From contig JBFMCP010000004.1 in NCBI GenBank assembly GCA_040754455.1, positions 38,919 through 102,918 on the forward strand: a stretch of DNA of 64,000 nucleotides, read 5' to 3'. This DNA is from Nitrospirota bacterium (GTDB lineage: Bacteria; Nitrospirota; Thermodesulfovibrionia; Thermodesulfovibrionales; Dissulfurispiraceae). The notes below the pieces were generated by a model. It worked only from the letters and a program-made list of their open reading frames with translations, made no database searches and was not told the origin of the DNA. The position numbers and the translations under genes are program-made. Of the stretch, positions 49,332-58,097 are shown piece after piece (positions within the stretch are counted from its first letter, which is position 1; each line of letters begins with the position of its first letter).

Positions 49332-51166
49332 AACAGAAGATTGTTATAGGGCTCAGCATTTTCACAATCGTTTTCCTGCTCGGCGGCATCTACATCATCA
49401 CCACTATCGAAAGGGCTACCTCGACGCTGGACAACCTTATAAAGCTCCACCAGGTCGAGATACTGAGAGAGCACCTGCTGATCCAGGTCAAAATGGTGCA
49501 GTCCGACCTGAATCTCAAGAACACGCGCTATGCACGGAGTATTGACACGGTCACCATGCATGTAAGGAATATGGAGAAGGTGGCAAACGCCTGTTTCAAA
49601 TGCCATCATTCCGGGGAGGTGGAGGCCCGGCTCAGAGACCTGAGCAGCCTGGTTGAGCAGTACAAGGCTGCGTTGAGCAGGGCGCTGACTATGCGGGCAA
49701 GCACCGAGCGGCTGGCGGCAGAAGAACACAACGCGTTTACCATAGGAGAGGATCTGATTGCCAAGGTCAATACAATGATCACCATGGCGAGCAGCAAGCT
49801 CGAAGAGAAGACGCAGTCGACGCTCGACGAGATCGCGGGCACCAAGTCGATGCTCTTCATTCTTCTCGCGGTAGGTCCCCTGCTGGCTGCGGGATTGACG
49901 TTTGTCTTTATCAGGGCCTTTACCAAACCGGTCAATGTGCTCTATGAGGCGACCCAGAGGATAAAGACCGGCGATCTTGACCACCGGGTCGAAGGGCTCA
50001 AGGACGAGTTCGGAGCGGTTGCAGCCTCCTTCAATGATATGGCGGTCTCCCTGAAGGAGCATATGCACCGGATCGAAGAGAGCGAGAAACGCTACCGTAC
50101 CCTGTTCGAGAGCGCCCGGGACGCCATTTTTATCCTTGAGGCCGAAGGGGAGCAGGCAGGGCGCATTATCGCTGCCAATAAAGCAGCGGCGGCAATGCAC
50201 GGATACTCTGTCGAGGAGCTCCTGGCGCTCCATATTACCGACCTCGATACTCCTGATGCCGCCATGGCAGTCCCCGGGCGGATCAAAAGGATTCTGGATG
50301 GGGAGTGGATCAAAGCGGAGATCACCCACCGAAAAAAAGATGGAACAGTCTTCCCCGTCGAGGTGAGTGCCGGCCTGCTCGAGCTCAAGGATCATAAGTA
50401 TATTCTCGCATTTGACAGGGATGTCACGGAGCGGAAGCAGGCGGAGGAACGCCTCCAGCAGACCGAGCAGTTGAAAATGTGTGGGGAGTTCGCTGCGGGG
50501 CTTGCCCATGAGATCAAGAACCCCCTTGCAGGGATCAAGGTGACGATGGAGGTCCTTTCCGAGGAGCTTCCGATACCTGAGCAGGACAAGGATGTCCTGC
50601 TGAAGGTCATTGCCGAGATACGGAGAATAGAGCTGCTGATACGGGACCTGCTCAATTTCGCGAAGCCGCCGAAGCCCCAGCTCATGCAGGTGGATATTCA
50701 TAAGGCCCTCGATGCCGCAATCACCTTTTCAGTAAAAAGTCCTTCCTTCTCAACAGAGGGACCCAAGGCAATATCCATTGTCAGGAACTTCGCGCCCCGG
50801 CTCCCCGAAACCATGGCCGATCCCATGCAGTTGCAGCAGGTGTTCCTGAATCTCCTGTTGAATGCGGCGGATGCAATGCCGGAAGGAGGCACGCTCTCGG
50901 TCCAGACCTCGTACGATCAGGAGAAGTCCGCCATATCCATCGAAATTGCCGATACCGGTAAGGGCATCGACGAGAAGGCCATGGAGAGCATCTTCAAACC
51001 CTTCTTTACCACAAAGCCGAAGGGTACCGGCCTTGGTCTGGCGATTACCAAGCGGCTCATCGAGCAGCAGGGCGGCGTCATCTCTGCTGAGAACAGACCC
51101 GGCGGAGGGGCGGTATTCACCATCGTGCTTCCCGTTAAAAAAGAGGAAGAGGTAGTGCCGGCATGA
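49328..51166 (+). CDS. Sensor histidine kinase with a helical periplasmic domain carrying a CxxCH motif, then HAMP, PAS, HisKA, HATPase
   Basis: TM1 (res ~5-26). Periplasmic region with ACFKCHHS (res 89-93, nt 49592-49606). TM2, HAMP (GDLDHRVEGLKDEFG), PAS, H-box AHEIKNPLAGIK, G-boxes DTGKGI and GTGLGLAIT. Confidence 0.85.
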   Translation: MKQKIVIGLSIFTIVFLLGGIYIITTIERATSTLDNLIKLHQVEILREHLLIQVKMVQSDLNLKNTRYARSIDTVTMHVRNMEKVANACFKCHHSGEVEARLRDLSSLVEQYKAALSRALTMRASTERLAAEEHNAFTIGEDLIAKVNTMITMASSKLEEKTQSTLDEIAGTKSMLFILLAVGPLLAAGLTFVFIRAFTKPVNVLYEATQRIKTGDLDHRVEGLKDEFGAVAASFNDMAVSLKEHMHRIEESEKRYRTLFESARDAIFILEAEGEQAGRIIAANKAAAAMHGYSVEELLALHITDLDTPDAAMAVPGRIKRILDGEWIKAEITHRKKDGTVFPVEVSAGLLELKDHKYILAFDRDVTERKQAEERLQQTEQLKMCGEFAAGLAHEIKNPLAGIKVTMEVLSEELPIPEQDKDVLLKVIAEIRRIELLIRDLLNFAKPPKPQLMQVDIHKALDAAITFSVKSPSFSTEGPKAISIVRNFAPRLPETMADPMQLQQVFLNLLLNAADAMPEGGTLSVQTSYDQEKSAISIEIADTGKGIDEKAMESIFKPFFTTKPKGTGLGLAITKRLIEQQGGVISAENRPGGGAVFTIVLPVKKEEEVVPA

Positions 51167-52551
51167 GGAGCAAGGGGAGAATCTTCCTTGTCGATGACGA
51201 TGAGCTCATCATTGCGATGCTCTCGAGGGCGCTGAAGAACGAGGGATACGAGGTCATTGCAGAAACCACCACTCATGGCGTTGTCAAGAATATAAGGACA
51301 AAAGCCCCCGATCTCGTCATGCTCGATATCAATCTGCCCGGGCAGAGCGGTATGGATATCCTTCAAGAGATAAAAGGGGACGGGATCACTGCACAGGTGG
51401 TGATGCTGACCGCCGATGACACGGCTGAAACTGCGGTGAAGGCAATGAAGCTCGGCGCAGCGGACTACCTTACCAAACCCTTCAATGTGGAAGAGGTAAA
51501 GATCGTCATCAATAACATCCTCGAGCGGGAGCGGCTCAAGGAGGAAGTGGATTACTTCAGAAGGATATGTTCCGAGCTTTTTGAAAAGGAGATCATCGGG
51601 CAGTCGGAATGCGTTAAAGAGCTGAAGGCGCGGATTGAGAAGATCGCCCAGGCCCGCGTCTCGACAGTGCTGATCACCGGTGAGAGCGGGACGGGAAAAG
51701 AGCTTATGGCCCGACAGGTCCACCGTCTGATCCATGGTGATTGCTCTGCCACCTATGCGCCCTTCATCAAAGTCAACTGTGCAGCTCTGCCTGAGCCGCT
51801 CCTCGAGAGCGAACTTTTCGGCTATGAGAAGGGGTCGTTCACCGATGCGAAGACCGACAAGAAGGGTCTTTTCGAGCAGGCGTCCGGCGGATCGATACTG
51901 CTCGACGAGATCGGCGAAATGCGGCTCAGCCTTCAAAGCAAGCTGCTCCGTGTCCTTGAGGAGCGGACCCTGCGGCGCATCGGCGGGAGCGAGGAAATCC
52001 CCCTGGAGCTGACCGTGATCGCCACGACCAACAGGAATCTCGGCGAGGCAATGGAGCAGGGTGATTTTCGAATGGACCTCTTCTACCGGTTAAATGCTTT
52101 CTCTCTCTATATAGCGCCGCTCAGGGAGCGGAGGGAGGATATTCCGCTCCTGTCTGCGCATTTCCTCTCTTCCTTTGCTGCAAAGTACAACAAGAAGGCG
52201 ATCAAGGGTTTTTCTCCTGAAGCCGAACGCCTCATGGTGAACTATGGGTGGCCGGGCAATGTGCGGGAGCTGAAGAACGTCATAGAGCGTCTGGTCGTGC
52301 TCGAAAATACCGAGGTGATCCTGCCCGAGCACCTGCCAAAAGAGATACTGTATCAGGCAGCACCTGCCCTGCAGTATCAGGCCCGTAGCTTCGTCATGCC
52401 TGAAACAGGGATATCACTGGATGAGCTCGAAAAAGATTTGATTCAGCAGGCCCTGCGGATGGCAAAGAACAACAAGACCACTGCAGCAAAACTGCTCAAT
52501 ATAAGCTACGATTCCCTCAGATACCAGATCAAGAAATTCAGGTTAGACTAG
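51163..52551 (+). CDS. Sigma-54-dependent response regulator with a variant GAFTGA loop (GSFTDA)
   Basis: REC (IFLVDDDE...DINLPGQSG), GESGTGKE, ESELFGYEKGSFTDA, C-terminal HTH AAKLLNISYDSLRYQIKKF. Confidence 0.9.
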   Translation: MRSKGRIFLVDDDELIIAMLSRALKNEGYEVIAETTTHGVVKNIRTKAPDLVMLDINLPGQSGMDILQEIKGDGITAQVVMLTADDTAETAVKAMKLGAADYLTKPFNVEEVKIVINNILERERLKEEVDYFRRICSELFEKEIIGQSECVKELKARIEKIAQARVSTVLITGESGTGKELMARQVHRLIHGDCSATYAPFIKVNCAALPEPLLESELFGYEKGSFTDAKTDKKGLFEQASGGSILLDEIGEMRLSLQSKLLRVLEERTLRRIGGSEEIPLELTVIATTNRNLGEAMEQGDFRMDLFYRLNAFSLYIAPLRERREDIPLLSAHFLSSFAAKYNKKAIKGFSPEAERLMVNYGWPGNVRELKNVIERLVVLENTEVILPEHLPKEILYQAAPALQYQARSFVMPETGISLDELEKDLIQQALRMAKNNKTTAAKLLNISYDSLRYQIKKFRLD

Positions 52552-52929
52552 AAAGCCCTTATTCTCACCGCCGAGGGCTTTTTCAGCGATGCCCTTTATC
52601 TGGAAGAGATCAAAAGGTTTGGGGACAAACATGTAGGCACCGCTGTCAATCTCGTGCTTCATGTGTTCGTTGAGTACGCACCCTGATATGACGGTGACTT
52701 TGGTGTCAGGGGAAAGCTCCTTGATTTTTTTCATGATATCCAGTCCATTGGCGTCGGGGAGATTGATATCGAGAAAACAGAGCTCGTAAAAGCTTGAGCC
52801 GATCTCGGCGAGGGCCTCCTCTCCTGTCTTGACCGCTTTCACCTCGACATCTTTCCCTCTGAGAGCCCGCAACAGGCCATAGCGGATCAGGGTCTCGTCA
52901 TCGACAATTAAAATTCTCTTCATCTGCAA
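52543..52929 (-). CDS. Single-domain CheY-like response regulator
   Basis: 128 aa; ILIVDDETL...FLDINLPDANG...VISG...KPF. Convergent 9-nt overlap with the regulator at 51163. Confidence 0.85.
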   Translation of the reverse strand: MQMKRILIVDDETLIRYGLLRALRGKDVEVKAVKTGEEALAEIGSSFYELCFLDINLPDANGLDIMKKIKELSPDTKVTVISGCVLNEHMKHEIDSGAYMFVPKPFDLFQIKGIAEKALGGENKGFLV

Positions 52930-52995
52930 CCTTTCATGGTACTTACCAGCATTCCCCAGCTCGTTTGGACATACGTGTGGTGGTTAGAATTAATA

Positions 52996-53011
52996 AGCAA
53001 GTGTTATGCCA
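52996..53011 (-). promoter_or_regulatory. Sigma-54 (-24/-12) promoter for the CheY-like gene
   Basis: Minus strand reads TGGCATAACACTTGCT (TGGCAY-N5-TTGCW), about 67 nt upstream of the ATG at 52929. Confidence 0.75.
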
Positions 53012-53080
53012 TTCTGGAATCTCTTTCATGATAACCGTATAACTATAATGTTTAGGTTCATCTAAGGGAAAAAGACAGAT

Positions 53081-53094
53081 CGGTGAAAAAACCG
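53081..53094. promoter_or_regulatory. CGGTGAAAAAACCG box (putative activator half-site/palindrome)
   Basis: Matches 12/13 of the CGGTGAAAAGACC arm of the 53206-53241 inverted repeat. Lies ~100 bp upstream of the predicted minus-strand sigma-54 start. Confidence 0.4.
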
Positions 53095-53205
53095 CCTGCC
53101 TACAGAGGCACGTTGGCTTTACATGAGACCTCCCGAAGGAGACTATTTTAATATCCAAATTAAAATAATAACTTATATAATATCTCCTCTTGTTTTTTGC
53201 CGGTC

Positions 53206-53241
53206 CGGTGAAAAGACCAGACTTGCCTGGTCTTTTCACCG
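53206..53241. promoter_or_regulatory. Perfect 15-bp inverted repeat (putative enhancer-binding-protein UAS)
   Basis: CGGTGAAAAGACCAG-acttgc-CTGGTCTTTTCACCG. No T tract on either side, so it is unlikely to be a terminator. Centre is ~82 bp upstream of the -24 element at 53305. Confidence 0.55.
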
Positions 53242-53304
53242 AAATATTGAGGGGAAAGTAGCATCTGAACATTAAAACTATTGAAATTTAATATTAATAA
53301 ATCC

Positions 53305-53320
53305 AGGCACACCACTTGCT
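53305..53320 (+). promoter_or_regulatory. Sigma-54 (-24/-12) promoter for the multiheme cytochrome gene
   Basis: AGGCACACCACTTGCT (GGCAC-N5-TTGCT). It shares the CACTTGCT -12 region with the 22471 and 52996 promoters. Leader is ~150 nt. Confidence 0.75.
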
Positions 53321-53481
53321 TGTGGCAAAGTTGCCGAAATGCGCAGTTTCGAAATGCAAAGCCCCGGAGAGGGCTCAAGGGAGGTGGTTGCAGCGAGGCG
53401 TTTACAAAAGGGAGGGTGAAAACTCGACAAGTTTTGGTTCTTTTGACACAGTCTTAGTGAAACGAGTTTGAAGGAGGCTCA

Positions 53482-54531
53482 ATGAAGACAACAAAAATGT
53501 TAGTAGTATTGGCAGTAGTGGTAGCGATCGTAGCATCGTTCTCAATCGTCTATGCAGGAAAAACACCGCCGCCGACCACCAATCTTATCGTTGGCCGCCC
53601 GGCAAAGGGAATGTACTGTGCTGATCCTGCCGGCTGGATTAACGCAGGTTACAATATTTATGTCTGGGGTAATGCAACACCGGTAAAAGCCCAGGTCTAT
53701 GATGCAGAGGGCTATCTGCTGCTTCCCGCCACCGGCGTGACCTGGACCGTGCAGGGTACCGGCGAAACCGGCACCATGACAGTCGGCGATTCGACCAATA
53801 AAGTATACACTGCCACGCCGAAGAGCCTGGCGGCAACCAATATTTTCACCGGCGACTCGAATATTACCTACACCGCCGACGGCAAGAGCTTCAGCGGCGT
53901 TATCAGGAGATGGAATGCAAAGTGCGACGGCTGCCATTCCGTACCGCCGCCCCACGCCATCCAGAATGCAGGCAGCGCCGGCACCAGCACCTGCCGTAAC
54001 ACTGCCTGTCATGCGGAGTTCGGATCCAAGATGATGTCGTCACATGCCTACAGGGTTCCTGTTGCCGAGCAGACCACGTCTGACGGCTGCTACCGCTGCC
54101 ACCCGAGCCCCTGCTACGGCGGAATCCACAAGGACAAATTCCCGAATGACTCCATCGGTTGCGTAACCTGCCACGGCAGTCTTGCCGACGGTGCTGTCGG
54201 CCAGGGCAAATGGCCCGGCCAGCTCGGCTTCCCGAAGTGCCAGGACTGCCATGTGAGCGCACCTGATCAGCCTGTTCCTTACGCCACGAACACCGGCGTA
54301 GAGTACAAGAGCTCGGTGGGCCACGGCAGGAAGAGGAGCAGCCTTCCGAAGAACCTCTGCATTACTTGCCACAACTCCATGCACATGGAGACGAAGCCGA
54401 TGAGCTGGGGTGACGGCGTGAACAACAACTGCCAGGTATGCCATAAGAACAAGCCCACGAACAACAACATGGGTCCTGTCTGCGGCAACTGCCATGTTGA
54501 TTCGTTCAACCCGCATCTTGTTGTGAAGTAA
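53482..54531 (+). CDS. Secreted multiheme c-type cytochrome (7 CxxCH plus 1 CxxxxCH) with a heme-free N-terminal beta-rich domain
   Basis: Signal peptide MKTTKMLVVLAVVVAIVASFSIVYA. Motifs CDGCH, CRNTACH, CYRCH, CVTCH, CQDCH, CITCH, CQVCH, CGNCH. AAGGAGG RBS. Confidence 0.9.
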   Translation: MKTTKMLVVLAVVVAIVASFSIVYAGKTPPPTTNLIVGRPAKGMYCADPAGWINAGYNIYVWGNATPVKAQVYDAEGYLLLPATGVTWTVQGTGETGTMTVGDSTNKVYTATPKSLAATNIFTGDSNITYTADGKSFSGVIRRWNAKCDGCHSVPPPHAIQNAGSAGTSTCRNTACHAEFGSKMMSSHAYRVPVAEQTTSDGCYRCHPSPCYGGIHKDKFPNDSIGCVTCHGSLADGAVGQGKWPGQLGFPKCQDCHVSAPDQPVPYATNTGVEYKSSVGHGRKRSSLPKNLCITCHNSMHMETKPMSWGDGVNNNCQVCHKNKPTNNNMGPVCGNCHVDSFNPHLVVK

Positions 54532-54560
54532 AAGCTTTATTGACAGTAGAGGAATATCAT

Positions 54561-54597
54561 AAAAAAGGCCGCACTCGAAAGGGTGCGGCCTTTTATT
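54561..54597. terminator. Bidirectional rho-independent terminator between convergent genes
   Basis: aaaaaa-GGCCGCAC-tcgaaagg-GTGCGGCC-ttttatt. Confidence 0.85.
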
Positions 54598-54620
54598 GGT
54601 GCGGGTAAGGCTGGAGATCG

Positions 54621-54998
54621 TTATTTCTTTTCTTTGGTGATCTCCACTGCAATCATCTTGCCGAGCTTCCCTTCATAAGGTACGGACACCCTGTCTCCGA
54701 CCTTAACATCTTTCAGACTCTTGTAACCGTTAAGCTTCGCTTTGCTCACGTCGAAGAGCATGGCCAGGTCGGTCTGCTCTCCTTTCGGCCCTTCTTTATT
54801 GACAATTATTGTTTTGGCCTTTTTGTTTACTTTGGAGACTACTCCTCTGTAGATATACTCTTGTTTCTTTCCCTCTTTTTTTTGCTCTGCTTGTTGGACC
54901 GGGGCTTTTTGTTCTGTCTGCTTTTCCTCGGCAAAGCCCGCTGCGACGAGTCCCGTCGTGGTGAATAGTGCTAAGGCGATTATTCCGATCCTTCTCAT
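54621..54998 (-). CDS. Secreted hypothetical protein (Lys/Glu-rich linker plus small beta domain)
   Basis: Signal peptide MRRIGIIALALFTTTGLVAAGFA. No family recognised. Confidence 0.5.
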   Translation of the reverse strand: MRRIGIIALALFTTTGLVAAGFAEEKQTEQKAPVQQAEQKKEGKKQEYIYRGVVSKVNKKAKTIIVNKEGPKGEQTDLAMLFDVSKAKLNGYKSLKDVKVGDRVSVPYEGKLGKMIAVEITKEKK

Positions 54999-55077
54999 CC
55001 TGCAAGCCTCCTTCTCCTCTCAATTCGCTATAAAGCGTTGTTCATGATTTTAGCATAACTGATTTATACCTTCAGCT

Positions 55078-55767
55078 TTAAAACGTGGTGAAAGCAAAAT
55101 AAATTCCGACTATCATCAGCACGGCGCCGCTGATCTTTTTTGAGTAGAGGGAGAAGTTCCCGACGCCCCTGGCGCGTATGATATTTTCAGTAAAGCCCAT
55201 AGAGAGCCCGGCGATAAAGATGAGCGCACAGTGTCCGATTGCATAGACGAACAAAAGGGCGCCTCCGTAGAGGATATCACCTTGAGTCGATACATAGGCG
55301 AGGATGACCGCAAGCACCGGCGTTGCGCAGGGAGAAGAGACCGTGCCGGTGATGAGACCCAGCAGGAACGCCCCCCATAATCCTCTGGTCCTGATCTCCC
55401 GTGTTTTCTGAAAGGGGAGGGGGATCGCTATAATACCCATGAGCTGCAACCCCATCAGTACGGCAATGACGGCCAGTCCGATGTAAAGCCATTTTCCCAT
55501 AAAGCCGAGGAATTGTCCCATCACCGATGCCGCAGCGCCGAGCATGGTGAAGGTGATGGAGAGGCCGAGAATGAACACGAGGGAGTAGAGCGCGGCCTTT
55601 TTCTTGTTCCCTTCGGAATAGCCGCCCACATACCCGATTATCAACGGTATCGCAGCGAGAACGCAGGGGCTCGCTGCAGATACGAGACCGCCAATGAATA
55701 CGGCAAGGAAAGCAAGGCCGTGCTGGTCCTGGATGATTGATTGAATGTTGCTTAGAATTGTTTCCAC
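55078..55767 (-). CDS. ccdA: Cytochrome c biogenesis / thiol-disulfide electron transporter CcdA (DsbD transmembrane domain)
   Basis: Six-TM protein with the paired SPCVLAAIP and SPCATPVLA motifs. Confidence 0.9.
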   Translation of the reverse strand: METILSNIQSIIQDQHGLAFLAVFIGGLVSAASPCVLAAIPLIIGYVGGYSEGNKKKAALYSLVFILGLSITFTMLGAAASVMGQFLGFMGKWLYIGLAVIAVLMGLQLMGIIAIPLPFQKTREIRTRGLWGAFLLGLITGTVSSPCATPVLAVILAYVSTQGDILYGGALLFVYAIGHCALIFIAGLSMGFTENIIRARGVGNFSLYSKKISGAVLMIVGIYFAFTTF

Positions 55768-55774
55768 TTTATCT

Positions 55775-56491
55775 CTACTTCCCCTGCCTCAGCTTTTCCG
55801 CAAAATAAGAAGGCAGTCCGCTTTCGATAATCGCTGAAGCGGTCTTTTCGACATCATAGGGAATTCGAACAAATTCGTTTTTTACCCCATCCTGTGTTAT
55901 CTCGACGAGGGTGATACAGGTCCTTGGGTCACCGTCTTTCGGCTTCCCGACGCTTCCGGCATTTATGAAGACCTTGCCCCCGATATCCTTCCGGTATGGC
56001 TTATGGGTATGCCCGTAAATAAGGATGTCGGCATCTACCTTCTCAGCCATCTCTTCAAAGAACTTTTCCGGCCGCTCCTCATACCAGTAGAGATTATTTT
56101 TCTTTGGGGTTGCATGAAAAATTATCACCTTTTTACCGTCGACCGTTAAGGATATTTCAAAAGGCAGCGTTCTCATATACTCTTTACTCTTTGGGGATGC
56201 GTGCTTTTTCGTCCATTCGAAGCCCAATGATGACATCTCAGCCTGAATCGGATCTTCGTATTTGCATCCGCAATGCTCCGTGTCATTACCCACTGTTTCG
56301 TCGTAGTTGCCCTGCACTCCGCTGATTTTATGCTCGATGAGGAAATCTATTACCTCGTTTACAAAAGGCGCATATCCCCCCAGATCTCCGAGATGATATA
56401 TCTGCTCCGCGCCTCTGGAAACAGCCTCCTGATACGCAGCTTTGAGGGCTTCCAGATTCCCATGAATATCTCCCAATATCCCTATTTTCAT
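55775..56491 (-). CDS. Metallophosphoesterase (YfcE/MPP superfamily)
   Basis: GILGDIHGN, GDLGGY, GNYD, IFHATP and GHTH motifs. Confidence 0.8.
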   Translation of the reverse strand: MKIGILGDIHGNLEALKAAYQEAVSRGAEQIYHLGDLGGYAPFVNEVIDFLIEHKISGVQGNYDETVGNDTEHCGCKYEDPIQAEMSSLGFEWTKKHASPKSKEYMRTLPFEISLTVDGKKVIIFHATPKKNNLYWYEERPEKFFEEMAEKVDADILIYGHTHKPYRKDIGGKVFINAGSVGKPKDGDPRTCITLVEITQDGVKNEFVRIPYDVEKTASAIIESGLPSYFAEKLRQGK

Positions 56492-56521
56492 TATTCCTCT
56501 CGACAGCGCCTGTGCGTTGCC

Positions 56522-56902
56522 TCACAAGCCCATCTTTTTTAATACAGGGACGATCTCCTCATAGGAGAAATAGCCCATATGTCTGTAGACTTCTTTGCCG
56601 TTTTTATCGAGAAAGACCTGTACAGGGATCATATACACGCCGTATCTCATCGCCGTCTCCCTGTCTTTCTTGACATCGATGAAGATCACCTCGAGCTTCC
56701 CCTTGTAATTTGTTGAGAGCTTTTGCATCACCGGCTTCATCTGTTCGCAGGGAATGCAGCCTACCGAGCCCAACTCCAACATAACCACTTTGCCCTCTTT
56801 TTTCGCCTTTTTTAATGTCGCATCAAGCTGATCTGCACTGCTCAAGCCAGCTGTCAGCAGAATACTCAGTGCAACAATCGGGACCAGCAATCTTTTTTTC
56901 AT
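56522..56902 (-). CDS. Exported thioredoxin-fold protein (CxxC = CIPC)
   Basis: Signal peptide MKKRLLVPIVALSILLTAGLSSA, then LGSVGCIPCEQMKP. Confidence 0.85.
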   Translation of the reverse strand: MKKRLLVPIVALSILLTAGLSSADQLDATLKKAKKEGKVVMLELGSVGCIPCEQMKPVMQKLSTNYKGKLEVIFIDVKKDRETAMRYGVYMIPVQVFLDKNGKEVYRHMGYFSYEEIVPVLKKMGL

Positions 56903-56926
56903 TCTTCCCTCTCGTAAATTTTGATC

Positions 56927-58009
56927 TTAGAGCGGACTTGTCTCTTTTACTCTGCAATATTCCACTGTGAAGTATTTCCTCTGGAAATACCGTGCTACAG
57001 TAACGAGCCCGATAAGAACAGGCACCTCAACCAGGGGCCCTATGACTGCTGCAAAGGCCGCCCCTGAGTTGATCCCGAAGACCGCAACAGCCACCGCAAT
57101 GGCCAGCTCGAAGTTGTTGCTTGCAGCGGTAAAGGACAGGGTAGCCGTCTTCTCGTAATCTGTCCTGAGCTTATGCCCCATGTAAAAGGAGACGAGGAAC
57201 ATAACGATGAAGTAAATGAGGAGCGGTATTGCAATGCGCACGACATCGAGCGGCAGCTTGACAATGTAATTGCCCTTCAACGAGAACATGACGACAATGG
57301 TGAAGAGCAACGAGATGAGGGTAATCGGGCTTATCTTCGGTATAAAGACACGATCATACCAGTGCCTGCCTTTTATTTTGATAAGGCTGAACCGGGTGAA
57401 CATGCCGGCGATAAAGGGAATTCCCAGATAAATGAAGACACTTTCGGCAATCTGGCCGATGGTAACTTCAACGACAGCTCCTTTAAGCCCGAACCAGGTA
57501 GGGAGAATCGTAATAAAAATGTATGCGTAGACCGAATAGAAGAGCACCTGGAATATGGAATTAAAGGCGACCAGTCCAGCAGCGTATTCCGGGTCGCCGC
57601 AGGCGAGGTCGTTCCATACGATTACCATAGCGATGCAACGGGCCAGGCCGATCATGATGAGGCCGACCATATACTCCGGATAGGAGTTGAGGAAAACAAT
57701 CGCAAGGACAAACATCAAGAGGGGACCTATGATCCAGTTCTGGATAAGTGAGAGGCCGAGAACCCTTTTATTTCTGAATACCTCGCCGAGCTCCTCATAC
57801 TTCACCTTCGCCAACGGCGGATACATCATCAGGATAAGCCCGATAGCAATAGGTATGTTGGTGGTGCCTACCTGAAAGCGGTTGATAAAACCCTCGGTGC
57901 CGGGAATAAAGTACCCCAACCCGACACCCAAAGCCATCGCCGCAAATATCCACACGGTCAGATAACGATCGATGAAAGAAAGCCTTTTCCCCTCGTTGTT
58001 AGCCATCAC
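56927..58009 (-). CDS. acr3: Arsenite efflux transporter, ACR3 family
   Basis: 360 aa, ~10 TM; [26 protein letters not shown] (conserved Cys motif), [13 protein letters not shown]. Confidence 0.9.
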   Translation of the reverse strand: MMANNEGKRLSFIDRYLTVWIFAAMALGVGLGYFIPGTEGFINRFQVGTTNIPIAIGLILMMYPPLAKVKYEELGEVFRNKRVLGLSLIQNWIIGPLLMFVLAIVFLNSYPEYMVGLIMIGLARCIAMVIVWNDLACGDPEYAAGLVAFNSIFQVLFYSVYAYIFITILPTWFGLKGAVVEVTIGQIAESVFIYLGIPFIAGMFTRFSLIKIKGRHWYDRVFIPKISPITLISLLFTIVVMFSLKGNYIVKLPLDVVRIAIPLLIYFIVMFLVSFYMGHKLRTDYEKTATLSFTAASNNFELAIAVAVAVFGINSGAAFAAVIGPLVEVPVLIGLVTVARYFQRKYFTVEYCRVKETSPL

Positions 58010-58097
58010 AATTCCCCCTTATATTTAAGCGTAGTATCCGAATCTATGATTCTTATTTATCTCATTTATTGTTTTTTTCTTCGGCGACGGTGAAGCC

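Noticed and set aside
49322-50701. 459-aa ORF antisense to the histidine kinase gene. Similar long antisense ORFs occur at 7859-8740 (dxs), 5763-6497 (guaA), 30567-31346 and 31512-32270 (GGDEF gene), 32954-33862 (der), 34537-35512 (regulator) and 50917-51936 (regulator).
   Set aside because: Each is embedded opposite a gene with clear family motifs. None has a recognisable domain or RBS. Their abundance fits codon-usage-driven absence of stops in the antisense frame rather than overlapping genes.
52943-53378. Minus-strand ORFs (109 and 72 aa) in the CheY-cytochrome intergenic region
   Set aside because: They cover the two sigma-54 promoters, the inverted repeat and AT-rich DNA. The sequences are low-complexity with no RBS. 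The region is better explained as regulatory.
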